Of a stretch of 64,000 nucleotides of DNA, positions 1 to 13,900 are shown one piece after another. Position numbers and translations under genes: made by a program. Below the pieces are notes generated by a model. The model was not told the DNA's origin and did no database searches. It saw nothing but the letters and a program-made list of their open reading frames with translations. The first letter of the stretch is position 1. Every line of letters starts with the position of its first letter. This DNA is from Podarcis cretensis (lineage: Eukaryota): assembly GCA_951804945.1 (NCBI GenBank), contig OX638153.1:59396001-59460000 (forward strand). Direction: 5' to 3'.

Positions 1-1513
1 TCTCTCTCCCTCTCTGTTCCTTTACTTGGAGAAATTCATTATCCCTCCTCAGGGAAAGAGTAGGATAATTTACTGCTTATTAGGCTAACTTTCCACTTGC
101 TGTTGCCAAGTATGTCTGGCATATTTCTCCATAGTGTCAAACACTGCAGTTTTACTGCAATAAACTCATGCCTCTTTGGAGAGGACTTGGTTCCCAAGGG
201 TTTTTCCTGATTGCCTTGGCTCCCGGAAGGGGGCAGGAAGGATTCAAAAGGAAGTACACTGGGCATCACATTGCTTCTCTTCAACTCCATTTGATTTTCC
301 TTTGCATGGAGCCCACCAAACCCTTTCCCTGGCCCGACAAGAGAGGGAGGCATAATAGTCCTGTCCTGCTTTATTGATAGAGATGCCAAGGAGTTGTCTT
401 CTCTGTATTTATGGCTAGCTAGAAGGTGGTCTTGGGATGGGAGTCATTAATAACTGCCACAGGGCTGTTGCGTTTCATCTGCATTAGGAACTGCATTACA
501 GCATGTCATCGGGTTGGTGTGTGGGCCCCATTATGCTTGGCTTAAGGAATCTGGAGCAGTTTGCATCAAGTGAAGGCAATGGAGAAAATAAATCACAGGG
601 CCCCATCTGCTAAAACAGAGAAAACTGGCCAAACCAAGAATGAGAATAGCAATCCTTTGCTCCATCACCTCTCATGTCACAATCCCTTTCACCTACCAGC
701 TGATCATGCTAAGGTGTGTAGACAGGAAATCACAAGGCATGGATGAGCAAATAGCTCCCTCTTGTGGCTCAGTAGCAGAAGTTTTTTCCTCTCTTTACCA
801 AGAATAAAGTACTGTTTGCTTAGATTTCAGTATCGGAGAAAGGGAATTGGCAGACAAGGATCAGGTCCTTCCACCAGTTATAGACAGACACTTGCATGCA
901 TGGGAAGGCAACCAGGTTCCACATCCTATCATCACTGTTGCCGTGACTTTTCAAACTGTCACAAAATTTCATTTTCCAGGAAAATTAGCTTTGAGACCTT
1001 TCCCAAGGTCAGTCTCCAGGGAAGTAGTTTGAGTTCAGGATCTCTCTGATTCCCTCAGTTTTGGCTGTCAGCACATGGCAACAAATAACTTCTTTGGGTT
1101 TTAACAATGTTAATGCTTCAGAAGTAGCATTGCCTACATGGGTTGGCAGAAGGTAGTTATTGGTAGCTTGCTGGATGATTGCAAGGTATAGCCTTTTCCC
1201 CATCACTTTGTTCTGAAATAACTTGGATGTGGAGCTGCCTTGAGCCAGAGAAATGGTGCAGCTAGTCCAGCATTGTCTAGGCTGACTGGCAGTGGCTCTC
1301 CAGGGGTTTTCAACAGGGGTCAATGCCAGCAGGAAACCTAACTATGCCTTCCCCTCCAATTAAGCCTTGTGGAGAAGTGGGGTGGATTCTGACTGCATTG
1401 TTGTCTTGGTTCTCTACTCCATTAACTCAGTCCGTGGGAAGAACCTTCTTTCCATAGTGATCATCTAATACAGGCTCCCTCTTTTCCCAAATGTCTTTTC
1501 AGAAGCCCTTCTA

Positions 1514-1640
1514 CAGAGGATGGGGAACCAGTGACCCTCTAGCTGTTAGTGGACCACCATGCCCATCAGCCCTGACCACTGGCTGTGCTGGCTACAGCAG
1601 ATGAGAGTTGTCCTCCAATAACAGAATGGAGGACCTTCCG
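1514..1640. mobile_element. hAT-like MITE (~130 bp family), degraded
   Basis: ggatggggaacc...cccatcagccctgaccactgg...; related copies near 2340-2490 and 2690-2823. Confidence 0.55.
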
Positions 1641-3409
1641 TTTTACAATGTCTATGAGGACTACTGTGATGCCCACTTTCTATACCATTGTGGAATGATG
1701 GGCCAGTAATGGGAAGAATATAGAATCATGGGAAAGAGCAAGAGGAAAAGAAGTGGGTTGTTGATAGTTGGAAGGGAATGGGCACAGGAGTCCCCTGGTC
1801 AAGCCCAGCTCCAGAAGCACACACTTTTAAAGTCATTATATTTATGGTCACAGACTCTCCGTCTCTTAAATCCGATCTCCATTCTGCATAAAAAATAAAA
1901 TTAGCCAAGAGTCTGTTAAGAAGGCACCAATAACCACCAGTATTTAATGTAGGATTTTCACATTAACAGAGGGCAATACACCACAAGAAACAACATATTA
2001 TTTTACTTACATCACTACATTGCATAAATAAGTAAAGGTTGTCCACATAAGGATAAGTTAAGAGAACAGTAAAACATGAAAAACAATGGGGGCAGTCAGA
2101 GAACCTGCACAACAACGCTGACACAACAATGGGGGCAGTCCTGCTTTCACTTACAATACCGCTAAGATTTGAATGACCCAAGCTTAAGATCTAGAGTAAC
2201 CGAAACTGGTTTTGCCCACTATGATTGCTTCCCCTGAGATTTCTTTTGGCAATTTTCAGTCTTGCCTATGACCTCCCAAGTGTTAGCAGTTTTCTACTTC
2301 TTTGGCTGAAGCTACATACCAGCTTCAAGGTTGGGGAGATGAGGAACATAGAAGCAGCTAACCTGTGAGTCTCCAGGTGTGGTCAGACCCCAAACTCTTT
2401 ATCAGCTCCAGACCATATGGCTACTTGTTGTGGGTGACAAGAGGTTGAGTTGAACACCACCTGGAAGGCCACAGGTTCCCCATACCTGCTTTAACAGGGG
2501 TGTATACATCTCTACACATCAGAAGACCATTTGACAGGGTCCCTGACACAGATTTACAACAGTCTTTTTAGAATAATAAAAAGAAGCTCAATCCTCACAT
2601 ATTTAGGAAATTCAAATATACAGTGCCTTTGCAAAAGCCTTTGAGCCAAATCTATCTGAGACTAAGGCAGAAGCCAGTTATCAGGAATAGTAAGTGGCCC
2701 TCCAGATGTTGTTCAACTCAGCCACATTAGCTGGGGCGGATGACAGTGTACTGGTAATAGGTGGGAGTTTTAATAGGCGTTTTGTCCAACACAACTTGGA
2801 GGGCCACAGGTTCACCACCCCTGACCCAGACACACACTTGTTCCTTTAGGTGCAAGGGAAAGCTTAGCAAATACAGAGCTGCAAATAGCAGTATTGCTAT
2901 AGCATTGCACTACCCTCCCACCTGTGCTCTTCTCGTTGATGGAAGGAAACAGGAACATTTCTTTTATTCATCTTGACAGCCTCTCCTCCTTTCCAGGGAG
3001 CAAGTCAGTTAGCCTTCTGTATTTGCAAGTTCCTCTCTTTCAGTGCATTTTCAGCAGATTGTTAGTCATTAAACTGTCAGCCCCCTGTCCTGCCTGAGCA
3101 GCGTACATCAGAGCCTGGGCCACAGACAATGGGAATGTGACAGGTAGGGGGCAGTGAAACAGACTCCATCAGGCAGAGCCTCAGCCAAAACGCTGTCTTG
3201 GCAGTGCTGATGGAAGAATAATCGTAGCAGGCGGAAAGCAAGTGTCTGTGGCAACAGAACTGGCGGCCTTTTGAGGGGAGAAAGATGTAATCACATTGCA
3301 GGTGATTCACCAGACATGCTAGAATTCAGGCAAGGAGCCCTTGGGCTCTATTTTTTTAAAGGGGCAGTTTGCAGAAATTCTTTCCTGCTACCGCTGCTCT
3401 TAAATGAGG

Positions 3410-3523
3410 GATATTGCTGGACTACAACTCCCAATCATCCCCAAGAATAGGACATGCTGGCTGGGCTAACTGGAGACTGAATCCAACAACATCTGGAGTG
3501 CCACAGGCTCCCCGCATCCCTGG
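3410..3523. mobile_element. hAT-like MITE, same family
   Basis: ggactacaactccca...gccacaggctccccgcatccctg. Confidence 0.6.
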
Positions 3524-4924
3524 TTTAAGATGTCTAAGTTTAGATACGTCCGATGCTGGGATTTGTGACAGATGAGCCACAGGCCTGAGGGAGATCCCTG
3601 CAATCTGGGAGAGGCAGCTAAGAGCACAGCTACTTCTCAAATCCCATCAGTAACCACAACAGAGAGACTTCCATACAAAGAGAGGCCGAGATGAGCCTAG
3701 CTGCCAAGGGGATCTGAAAGCTTGACTCTACTGTGGATGCTAATGGGAATTGCAGGGGTAAAAGAAACAGTGTGCGTACACACTAAAAGCCAAAATCAAA
3801 AAACAAACAAACAAACACCAGCCACAAAACAGGACAGTGTAAGCCAAGTCCCAAAGAACTGTTAGAAAGATGGACAGCTGAGAGAACAAGGCATACAAAG
3901 CAACCTCTCCAAAGAGAGGCTATACTGCAGATACTGTCCAGTCCATTCTCAGGCTAGACAAGTGGTTGAATAGTGGTTTCCTCATGTTCAATGGAAGAGT
4001 CTGTTATTCTGGCAGACACACAGTTGTAGGCCAGGCTCCAATAAGTGAGGTTAGAGGGATAAGCGAGTCCTGACTCACAGCTTGGGAGTAGCAGGCATTA
4101 TCCACAGAGCTGCAAGTCTTTGCTGTTTGTAGATATATACTGATATAAAGAGAGAGACCGACCATTGAGTGGATCTTCAAATGGAAGACTCCTTTGTCGA
4201 GGAACCATGGAATCGAGTATATTTACGGGAGTCCTGTACCAGAAGGAGAATAATTAGTACATTTGTACTGAGCTGTGCTTGCAAGCATTAGGAAAGGAAA
4301 GGAAGCCACGGACACATTTCGCCACATTACACCTCTGCTTCCTGTTGAGAAGACCAGATTTAAGGCTAAGGACCATTTTAACCCACTCTTCTAGCTTGGT
4401 TGCTTCTCTGCACATCTTCCTTTCATTCACGGATGCTGCCAAGAGAAATAGCCTACTCAAGGCAGTTTGAGGACTAACATTAACACTTTAAATCTATTCA
4501 CTAGTTTTATCTGTCAGATAAAAGTTAACTATCCTGACAGCAGCTTCTTGGTTAATTCTTGGCAATGAGTTTAGGCATCAAGCTATAGACACACATCACA
4601 CACTTAAAAAGAATCTTTGCAGCCTCTTTGGTGCAATGGGTCAATGTGTCTGGATGTTAACCAGAGGTTGATGGTTCAGGTCCACCCAGGGGTGGCTGCG
4701 GGCAGGATGCCTGCATTGCATGGAGCTGGACCAGATGACCCTTGGGATTCCTTCCCCCTCTACAATTCTATGATTCTATTATTCCAAAAGGCAGTTCTGT
4801 AAGTCCATAGGCTTCATACCAAAAAGGAGAACATGAGATTGCAAGCTGCTGCTGCTTATACATGGTAATGTATACATACAGAATTGAACTCCCCTTTCCT
4901 GTCCTCAGGGGACCTAAGACTTGC

Positions 4925-4966
4925 TCAAATCACATTGATGGCTGGAGAGGAAGCAGGTTTCTGTAA
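4925..4966 (-). CDS. ARHGAP19: ARHGAP19 exon 11 up to in-frame TGA (LQKPASSPAINVI*)
   Basis: Polypyrimidine tract plus ctag acceptor; SSPAI resembles recalled human GSPAV; TGA at 4927-4925. Confidence 0.65.
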   Translation of the reverse strand, partial: LQKPASSPAINVI

Positions 4967-7900
4967 CTAGGGAAGATGAGAAAACTCTAACCTCTGAACC
5001 TTGCTGTCACTCTCTAAGATAGGATGGTTCAGTTGCCAGCAACTGGCCTGCCTAAATTCAAGTCAACTTCTAACATGATCTTACTCATGCTGCATAGATT
5101 TACTAGCCTGCCGTGTCACACACTTGTCTGCCAAACTTCTGGAAATTAAGCTGCTCCAGAAAAAAATATGGAGCCTTAATTCAGAAGGAAGGAGCATCCA
5201 AATGCAAAAATGGCCATCAGCCAATAGGAGCAGAGGCATCAAGTTCAATTCCACAGATTTGGAAAGGAAAGAAACAGCCTTTTGTTACACTGGGAAAGAA
5301 AGAGTTCAACTACCTAAGAGCAGCAGGGCAGATGGGCTTAGGGCTCACTCCTACACTGGGTCAGGGGTTACAGGATTCAGTGGAAACCCTGCTGCAATGG
5401 AAGAATGCCACATGTGTCACTGCCACAACAGATATGCTGGCAGAACACTCAGCCAGTGACATACGTATCTGGAAAGCGTCACAGCTATGGGCAACAGAGA
5501 CAAGCAGCACTTATGCTGGATCCTGTACCCCTTCAATACACATCCATGTCAACATCAACACCAACACTTTATACCAAACATGGCACAGAAAATTTCCCTT
5601 CCAGTTGCTCCTTTGTAGGGTGGCCACTCAGCACAAAAACTCTGCTGGGATGATTGGTCAGTAACCATGTACATGCCTCTTTATCTTTTCAGATCCACTC
5701 TGTCAGGTCCCAGTCAATAAAAAAAATCAATGTTCCATAAGTATTGAATCAGGTTCAAGTGGCTTTAGGATGCAACTCTTGGAAGGAGGGTGGGTAGGGA
5801 GGTTGGATGTGACTTGGGCTTCCTCACTTCCTGTTTCCTCTGGCTCCACAGATGGGTCACTGAGAATGCACCAAGGGGCTGAGTGTTGCTGCCAGGGGAT
5901 ATGAGGCAGTCAGTGAGGGATGGGATGCTATCCAGAAGGCAGAGCCATCAGGCACGGGGTGGTTGGGGGTTGGTTCTATGGGCTGCCAGGGATCTGAGGC
6001 TGGTGTGCAACTATGTGGGGTGGGGTATTTGAGGTGCTGGATCCCTTCCTACAAGGCTGCCTGGGGCCTCTTGGGAGCTGTGCTACTGAGGCTCACATGT
6101 TGGGATGCTGTGTATTGAGGAAGCATGGTCGTAGCTAGCATGGCTCCACTCAGAAGCCTGCCAGTGTGGTTTGGCTCCCTTTGTTTCTGGGCAGCGTGGG
6201 AGGTATCATTTCTACCACATTCTGAAACTGGTGGACAATAGCAGTGTTTCCAAGGAAGTTGGGGTCATGGCTGGTGTGTCTTCCCTCCATTCCCCACTCA
6301 TGTCCAGGGCTGAGCAGGTACTGCATTTAGTAGCCATTCCACTCACATAGCAGTGGCATATTCCAGGCCCCAGCACCAACACAGCTTAGGGCTGCTCCGT
6401 TAGTCATGTGAGTGATGCATCTAGAGCTTTAGGCTTATTCCCAGACTTCCTGTTGTGTTCAGGATAATTTAGGGCGCCATATCAGTGCAGACGGATATGA
6501 ACTGCAGGCAATAGCTAGCAGCAACCCCCTTCATGAACCAACCCCATTATGAGTGCACAGTGATTGTTCTTCCAGCTGGCCTTACCATGCTAACATTCTC
6601 CTTGCTGCCATGCTTCTGCTCTTTCATGCCCGCTGATTCCAAAACTGCATCCTTCCCTTTTTTATCCAAAGACCCTTGACTCCCCAGCACCTTACGCTGT
6701 ATGAAGAAAAGGAAAACACTGGGATTGTGACTGGGGAACGGAAAGAAAAAGGCAACAGAACAGAATAGGGCTTATTTATGGAAGTCTGAATATGTACACC
6801 CCATACCATCAGAAAACTTATGCATCTGTACAGCAGACAATATGCCCGATACATACACCAGCGAGAAGTAACTTGAGCAGCACCACTGCAGCCGAAGTTA
6901 TTGTTAATGGTAGAAAGAGCCATACCTTGATTAAGCCACTGAAGGAACGAGTGCGAGCCCGCTTCTGGGTCCGGGGTGTGGGTACACCTGCCTGAGGAGT
7001 GAGAGCTTCAGGGTGCTTCTGAAACTAGAACACACACTTTATAGCATAATTAACTCTGCAGCATTGCCCATCTATCCCAAAGATTGATCCTGGTTTCCAT
7101 TCCAAGCACAAAGCCCCTTTGCTCCAGTCAGTTACCCAAGTCTCCCTTCTACCTGTTGAATGAGCTTCTTTTTCTTGGCAGAGTCTGGCATATTATGAAC
7201 ATGGTGGAAGAGCTCTTTCAGTGCTTCTTCTGTATGTTGCTGTGTGTCTTCTTGTTGGGCAGAGGGATCCACCAGTCCTCGCTTCTTGAATTTCAGAAGC
7301 TGGAAGTCCTTGAAATTCCGGGGCACAGGCAAGTCCAAGTCATCCTGCAAAAATTCAAAAGAACCCTCTGCACTTCAGGCTGTTTTGTCCTATAAAGACC
7401 ATTAGCACCCCACTCCCAATGATAGCTATCTTGCCTTTCATCACACTAATAAAGGTAGTCTGAGCTTCATATCCAGTAGCAAAGTCAGACCTGGGTGAAC
7501 AGCTGAGGGCCCGATCTTTTCCTCTCTCCCCAAAATATGCATGTGCTGTAATAATGTTGTTCTATTTTTGACAGTTAAATGAGAATTTGTTCCATTCTCT
7601 AGAATTAACTAAAACACATTTTAATAGAGGGGATATGTAGCAGTCCAAGTGACAAAACTGGGGTCGAATTACGTCTTTTCTGCCTTCCTAAGGAATAGAT
7701 TTCCCCCAAATAATCCCTTATTGGAAATTCTCATGAACAAGACTGTTTTAGTTATCAGTTTGCTGACCTGCTGGTGCCCATGTTGGGTGCTCCCTTTCAT
7801 GACCAATGTCATGGACTGCTCTTACCTTTGAGGCATGTGTTCTGGAGTCCAAGTAATGCAGCCTTGCACATTCCCGGATATATGAGGGAGCCTTGAAAGA

Positions 7901-10900
7901 AGAGTGAAACAGAAGGAGTCAGACACAGTTAAGCCAAAGTCTCCCCAACTCTGAGGTTCCATCCTATAGCAGTTGCTCCAGGCACTCACCCCGCCAGACC
8001 AGCAACTTCATCTTTGAATGTAATCCATGCAAAATCTTCTGAAGCGTGTTTCCTTTATAGGTAGGAGGGTCACCCAGGGCAAACATTCAGTCCTTTATCA
8101 TCTCAGATATGTTGTATGCTACCAGATGCTTTAGGAGTCTCACTTTTTGACAATTAAATGTGAACCTGCCTAGTTTTCTAGCGATTTTAGCCATTAATAG
8201 GGATATTTATTAAGGTAAATGGCAAAGAGGGACAGATGAGGACCCAAAGAGCAGCCTCAGAGACCATGATAGTAACTGATCAGGAAAGGGGCACTGTCTG
8301 GTTAAGGCAGAGTTTGGCACGGTAACTACAAGGACACTCACATGTGCAGGATATCCTGCCATTTAGAATAGGAGGCCTTGTTTTCACATATCAGTGCCAC
8401 TTGTGATCTAGCCAGCAAAGGGAGCAGGCACAGTACACAGCACCTCCAAGGAAGTAACAGATAAAAAGGTGTCAGGCTTGACAGTGTCAGGACTGTGCAC
8501 AGAACATATTTTCCCCCAGGAGGGGACAGCCTGGCACATTTGCTAAGCAGATACTGAAAGAGAGATAGAGATTGTCCCTTCCTTTTGAAGCACCTACCTT
8601 GAAGAGCTTCTGCGAGTGCTTGATCATAAAAGCCATCCCATTATTTAGCTTGGGAATGTTTTCCTGTAGGTCACTGGCAGTCACCTGGCAATAGTGGAAA
8701 ACACCAAAGCAGAATTGTTAGGAGAGTGTAGGTAAGATGCAAGATCCCTGGTAGAGGTAGGTTTATTTTCAGGAGTTAGGACACAGCAGCCAAGCTGGGA
8801 TAGGACAGATGAACTCCTTCCCAGCCTGGTTTTTTGTACTGCTGCCTAAAAATGTAACACCACTTACATTTCGAGGCCACAAAATGTGAGGTGAAAACAT
8901 AAGAGCCAGGTTATGAGCTGACATCTTGTTCCTGTCCTGCTTTTTGGCTGTCTGATAAAGCAGATCCAACAGCAATTTGAGCAGGCTGCGATTGGGGGCT
9001 GGCAGGATCAAGAAGAGGAGCTGCAGTGCTTCAATCTGACGCTGCTTATCAGGTATGTTGGTCTTGTTGCCCTTGTCATCCAACAGCATCAGATCTATTA
9101 ACAGGAAAACATCTCAAGAAACTTCATCTGCACACACATTTCAGGAAACTATACACTATTTTATCAACTGCCCATTCCCAACTTGCCATCACACTCCTTT
9201 GCACTCTTCTTTTCCTCAGCATAAATCAGAAATCCCAAAGATTTCATGCTTATATATTTCTATTATGACATGGGCAGAGAAAGTAGGCCTTTCTCTGATC
9301 CTAACCCAACAGCTTTATCACTGAACAAGGCAAACCCCAAATTATTGATGCTAACATCCTGTGGGTTGGTTCCCACTTCCCTCCAAGGCTGACTCACCTG
9401 AAATTTTGAGGTGTGCATGGAAATGTTTATGGGTCAACAAAGGCTCTGGTAATTCTCCCAAGAACATCTTCAGCAGAGTGGCCACATCATTGGAGTGAAA
9501 CTCCCCTGAATCCAAGTCAATTTCTGTCCCACTGTTCAAGGCTTCTTTCAGGTTCTGCTGCCTGGTACTGTTTCCTGGCACTCGGAACAAGCCTTCCACC
9601 CGCAGATCTGCACCATGAGAAAAAAGACAAGAGGGGTATCAAGAATATGTTAGATAAAATGTTGTCCTCTTCTAGTATATTGACAAAGCTTCTTAACCTT
9701 TTATACTTTCCTTTTCTTCCTGCCACATTATCTGAACATCCTACAGAGGTCTAGTACAAAAAAATCACTAAACATTTGATATGGGGGGGGGGGGCAGGAA
9801 AAGGTTAGTGTCTAGAATCACATAGCTCCTAGGACTTCCTCAGCTCAGAAATGAGTTAAATCTGTGCCCCCAGGCCAGTCCACTATCCTTGACTAAACAA
9901 CGACTGAAAGGAAACCACAAACCACTTACTCTTATGTAGATATTCTATCAGTTGAGATATTTGAGCAATACCTTCTTCAGTCAGTGGAGCTCCAAAAACC
10001 ACCCCTTTCTCTAGAGATGAAAAGGAGATAATGAGTAGCCAACATCATCAACTGTTGTGAGACCCAGAAATGTGCAAGCATTTCCATACTATACTGAAAA
10101 GGCAGAATTAAAAAGCCCCAGTTCACTGTGTGCTCACTTCGACCCTTTCTCTTGCAAATGCAACTCCTCATCTTCTCAGGTTTAAAAAAAAGCAAACAAA
10201 AAACGCTTACTGTGATCTGGAAAGGAAAGTATGCTGTAAAACAGATACAGGTTTTCTAAACTTGGATCTGTTTCAAAATGACCCAAAGGAACAGATTCCA
10301 CAGAAGGATAGGCAATATATAAAAACTAACTTCCTGGAGCAAACCCGAAGTCCATCTTGACAAGCATTCTGTTTCCAGCAGGCCTAATTGAACATTTCAT
10401 AGCAATGATGGTCTTCCCTATTTGTCTCCATCATCTGGAATTCATAGGTACACAGCCTTAGCACATGCAACTCCATTTAGATACCAGTAGGCTGATGTTT
10501 CTCTTCTCTCCTCACATGCCCCAAATTCTGTTCAATGTGTTCCCTCAATTCTCTGGAGCAGTTCTGGGGAGAGTGTGGGGAGCACATGGCGGAGGAGGGG
10601 TGGGAGGAAGCATTAGCAGAACACTGCCATATACATTTAGCAGCTTTAAAGGGGAATAGAAAAACATGGTAACTTCCAATATGTGATTGGCATTAAAGTA
10701 AAAATGAATTTTGATACATGGCCACAAAGGGAATCAATTTGCCAGTCCCATGACATTCTTCCTGCACAAGGAGCTAGACAGGAAGGAACTGGAGGGGTCA
10801 CCCTCCCACTGGAAGGTACGAGCTATCTCATTTGAATAATTCTGCCCAGTGGAGCAAGTGGGAGGGACAAGCTATCCAAGGATCCCCTCCCCACTACAGG

Positions 10901-13900
10901 GAAATACCCCAGAACAGGGTGGCTAACTTTATTTGGCATTGAGGGCTGGACACCCCTTCAAGGGCCACATGACATGTGCGCACATCCAGTTACACACCAT
11001 GCAAAATTATTGCTCATATCTAAAATCCTTCTTCCACCCAAATCTTTATCATTCACCTTCCAGTAATCTCCTCCAAATTCATCCCTCTTCTCTCCAGCGT
11101 TATACATCACCCTGCATGTTTCCATCCCCCCAACCTAAAGGTTCTTCATTCTTTCATTCATTAAGCCTACTCCCTCCCACCCCAATATTCCTAGGACATA
11201 GAACATCTGTATAAAAACTACATCTTAGATATTTGGGCTGATATTTGTAGTCATATTTAGGCAGGTAAAGGATTGTTCAAGCAATCTCACATTTCATCCT
11301 TTAAATGTGACGTTAATTATTTTGTTGCCAGGGCAAGATGGAAACCTTTGTAAGTTATATTGCAGTGGGAAATAAGGGCTGTATATTTTAATTCAGTTTG
11401 GAAGGAATATATCCCTAGATGATGATGAAGATGAATAGTAATTAGTAATAATAATAATAATAGTAATATGCCACCGATCTGATTGGGTTGCCCCAGCCAC
11501 TCTGATCATCTTCCAGCAAAATAAATTTGCCAGAAAAGAAACAAGTAGAAATGCAGGTTGAGAGTCCAAGGCTGGTTGTCTACCAGATTTTTCTCCCAAC
11601 TTAACTGACTGTTTCCTTGTTCAGCATCTCTAAGCAACACCATAGGAACATTGCTCTTAGCAGCTACATAGGTCCAGTTAAGACTTTGAAGAGGAGATAC
11701 AAATAAGGGTATCTTCAAAGGGAACCGAGACTGAGAGCCAGCTGAAGCAGGAGAGTTTCGCTATAGGAATCCTCTTGCCTGCTAGTAGCACAGAATGACC
11801 AGCTGACCAAAGAATTAAACATAAATGTTTTACAAGTATGGGTGGGAGCACAAGATTCATCCAAACCTGGCACACCCAAAAGTGTAGGCAGCACAATGGG
11901 AGGAAAAAGGTACACCAGTTGACAGCTGAACTAGTGATTGCTTTTCTAGGTAAGATATAAGGCATAGACTACACTGTTCAGACTATTTACTCATCTAGAT
12001 CAGAGTAGACTATTTGTCTGGCTGGCAGCAGATGTCTACGATCTCAGGCAAACATTTTGCACATTAGTTTTAACTGTAGAAGCCAGCGATTTTATGTGGA
12101 ACCTTCCAAATGCAAAGCGCATGCTCTGTCACCAAGCTAAGGTCTCTCCCCAGCTCTCCTATTCCAGTCCGTTACTATTGCAGCTGTATGTAGTAAACTA
12201 CCCCCAAAAGTGGATCTCATGTTGTGGGCAGGCATCTTTGCACACCACACCCTCCTCACTCTCTGCTGCTTTCCACCTCCTCTTCCCACCCTCCATAGAA
12301 GCACACACCTATGCAGTTTTTTCCTTTCTGTTTTGGGACTTTTTTTTTAACCTGCTTTAAAAAAAATAAAGATGCATATACTACCTTCTAGCATGGGTGG
12401 CACCATTATGGCTGCCAAAACAAGAGCTTTGTCCTCCATAAGAATGGAATTGAAAGGGATGATAAAGAAAACTATGGGTGGAGAACCTGTGGCCTTCCAA
12501 ATATTGATGACTACAATTCCCATCATCCCTGATCATCACTGGCCATGCTGCCTGGGACTGATGCGACTTTGAGTCCAGCAGCATCTTAGGGCCACAGGTT
12601 TCCCACCCCTTGTGTAAATCAAGTATTTAAATAAACATTGTCATTGTCTTACAGGCAATGACCGATTTAGCAGAAGAAGAAGAAGAAGAGTTTGGATTTG
12701 ATATCCCGCCTTTCACTCCCTTTAAGGAGTCTCAAAGCGGCTAACATTCTCCTTTCCCTTCCTCCCCCACAACAAACACTCTGTGAGGTGAGTGGGGCTG
12801 AGAGACTTCAAAGAAGTGTGACTGGCCCAATGTCACCCAGCAGCTGCATGTGGAGGAGCGGAGACACGAACCCGGTTCCCCAGATTACGAGACTACCGCT
12901 CTTAACCATTATACCACACTGGCTCTGTCCGAATAACGATGATCACGCACACAGCGCCAAACCCAGAAGTAGCCCTGAAGCATCATAAAGATTTCCTGAA
13001 AAGGGGAAGAACGGGGGTGGAACAGAGTGGGAGTAGAATGGGCTTACGCACGCTACGCCAACACACGCAGGGGTCCAGAACTGAACCCCCATGTAAAATG
13101 AGAATTGCCTGTACTTTCTTTTGATAAGGGGCTGGTCAGCACTGTACTTGGACCAGAAAAGTTTTCACATACTTCCTTGGAGTTGTTGCCACATATGTGG
13201 GACACTTAGCAGAGGCTGTACCCAGGATACCAAGGCTTAACATCAAAAAATTAAGGGGAAAATCTTAGCCAACACATCAGGCTCACCTTTGCGTTTCAGA
13301 GACATCAGGGAACGGAAAAACCCTGAGGATGTGCCAGGCAACTGAGGGTCCTCCTGTCCCATCAGCTGGGCTAGCTCTGCTCCAGGCAGGTCAATCAGCC
13401 GGGTGATGTTACTGACCACAAGCTCTGTGAATGCCTCAGGTTTCTCATGTCGCAGCTTTTCCACAAAGAAGTCTGGATTGAAGATGATCTGATGCCGTTG
13501 AAGGGAGGAGTCATTGCAGATAACTAAACTGCAAATGGCATCACTAGGGAGAGAAACAAAGATACATTACTTTGGGAGACATACCTGAACACAAACTAAA
13601 ATACTCAGCTACGCAGGAGCCACCTGCAGATCTGGGGTAGGGAACCTATTTCAGCCCAAGGACAGCATTCCCTCATGGACAGTTTTCCTGGGAGCCACAT
13701 ACCAGTGGAGGGTAGAGCCAGAGGCAGGTATGTGACTTTTTATACAATAAGGTACATCCACCATGTAAAAGTTTCTAAAACACACACACACAAAACTCTG
13801 CAGCAAGGCAATAAAGTGATGTTACAATAATTAAGAATAGATTCAACCCAGATAAAAGCACGAGGATGCAGGGCGGGTATGGGCTTTGGCCATCCTGAGA

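Noticed and set aside
39-4250. Short ORFs and a possible extra gene in the first 4 kb
   Set aside because: No recognisable protein or consistent exon chain; likely ARHGAP19 3' UTR and intergenic DNA with MITEs. The polyA site could not be fixed (candidates on - near 2963 and 370).
5113-5664. 183-aa + strand ORF antisense in ARHGAP19 intron 10
   Set aside because: GTG start, no domain or promoter; compatible with chance
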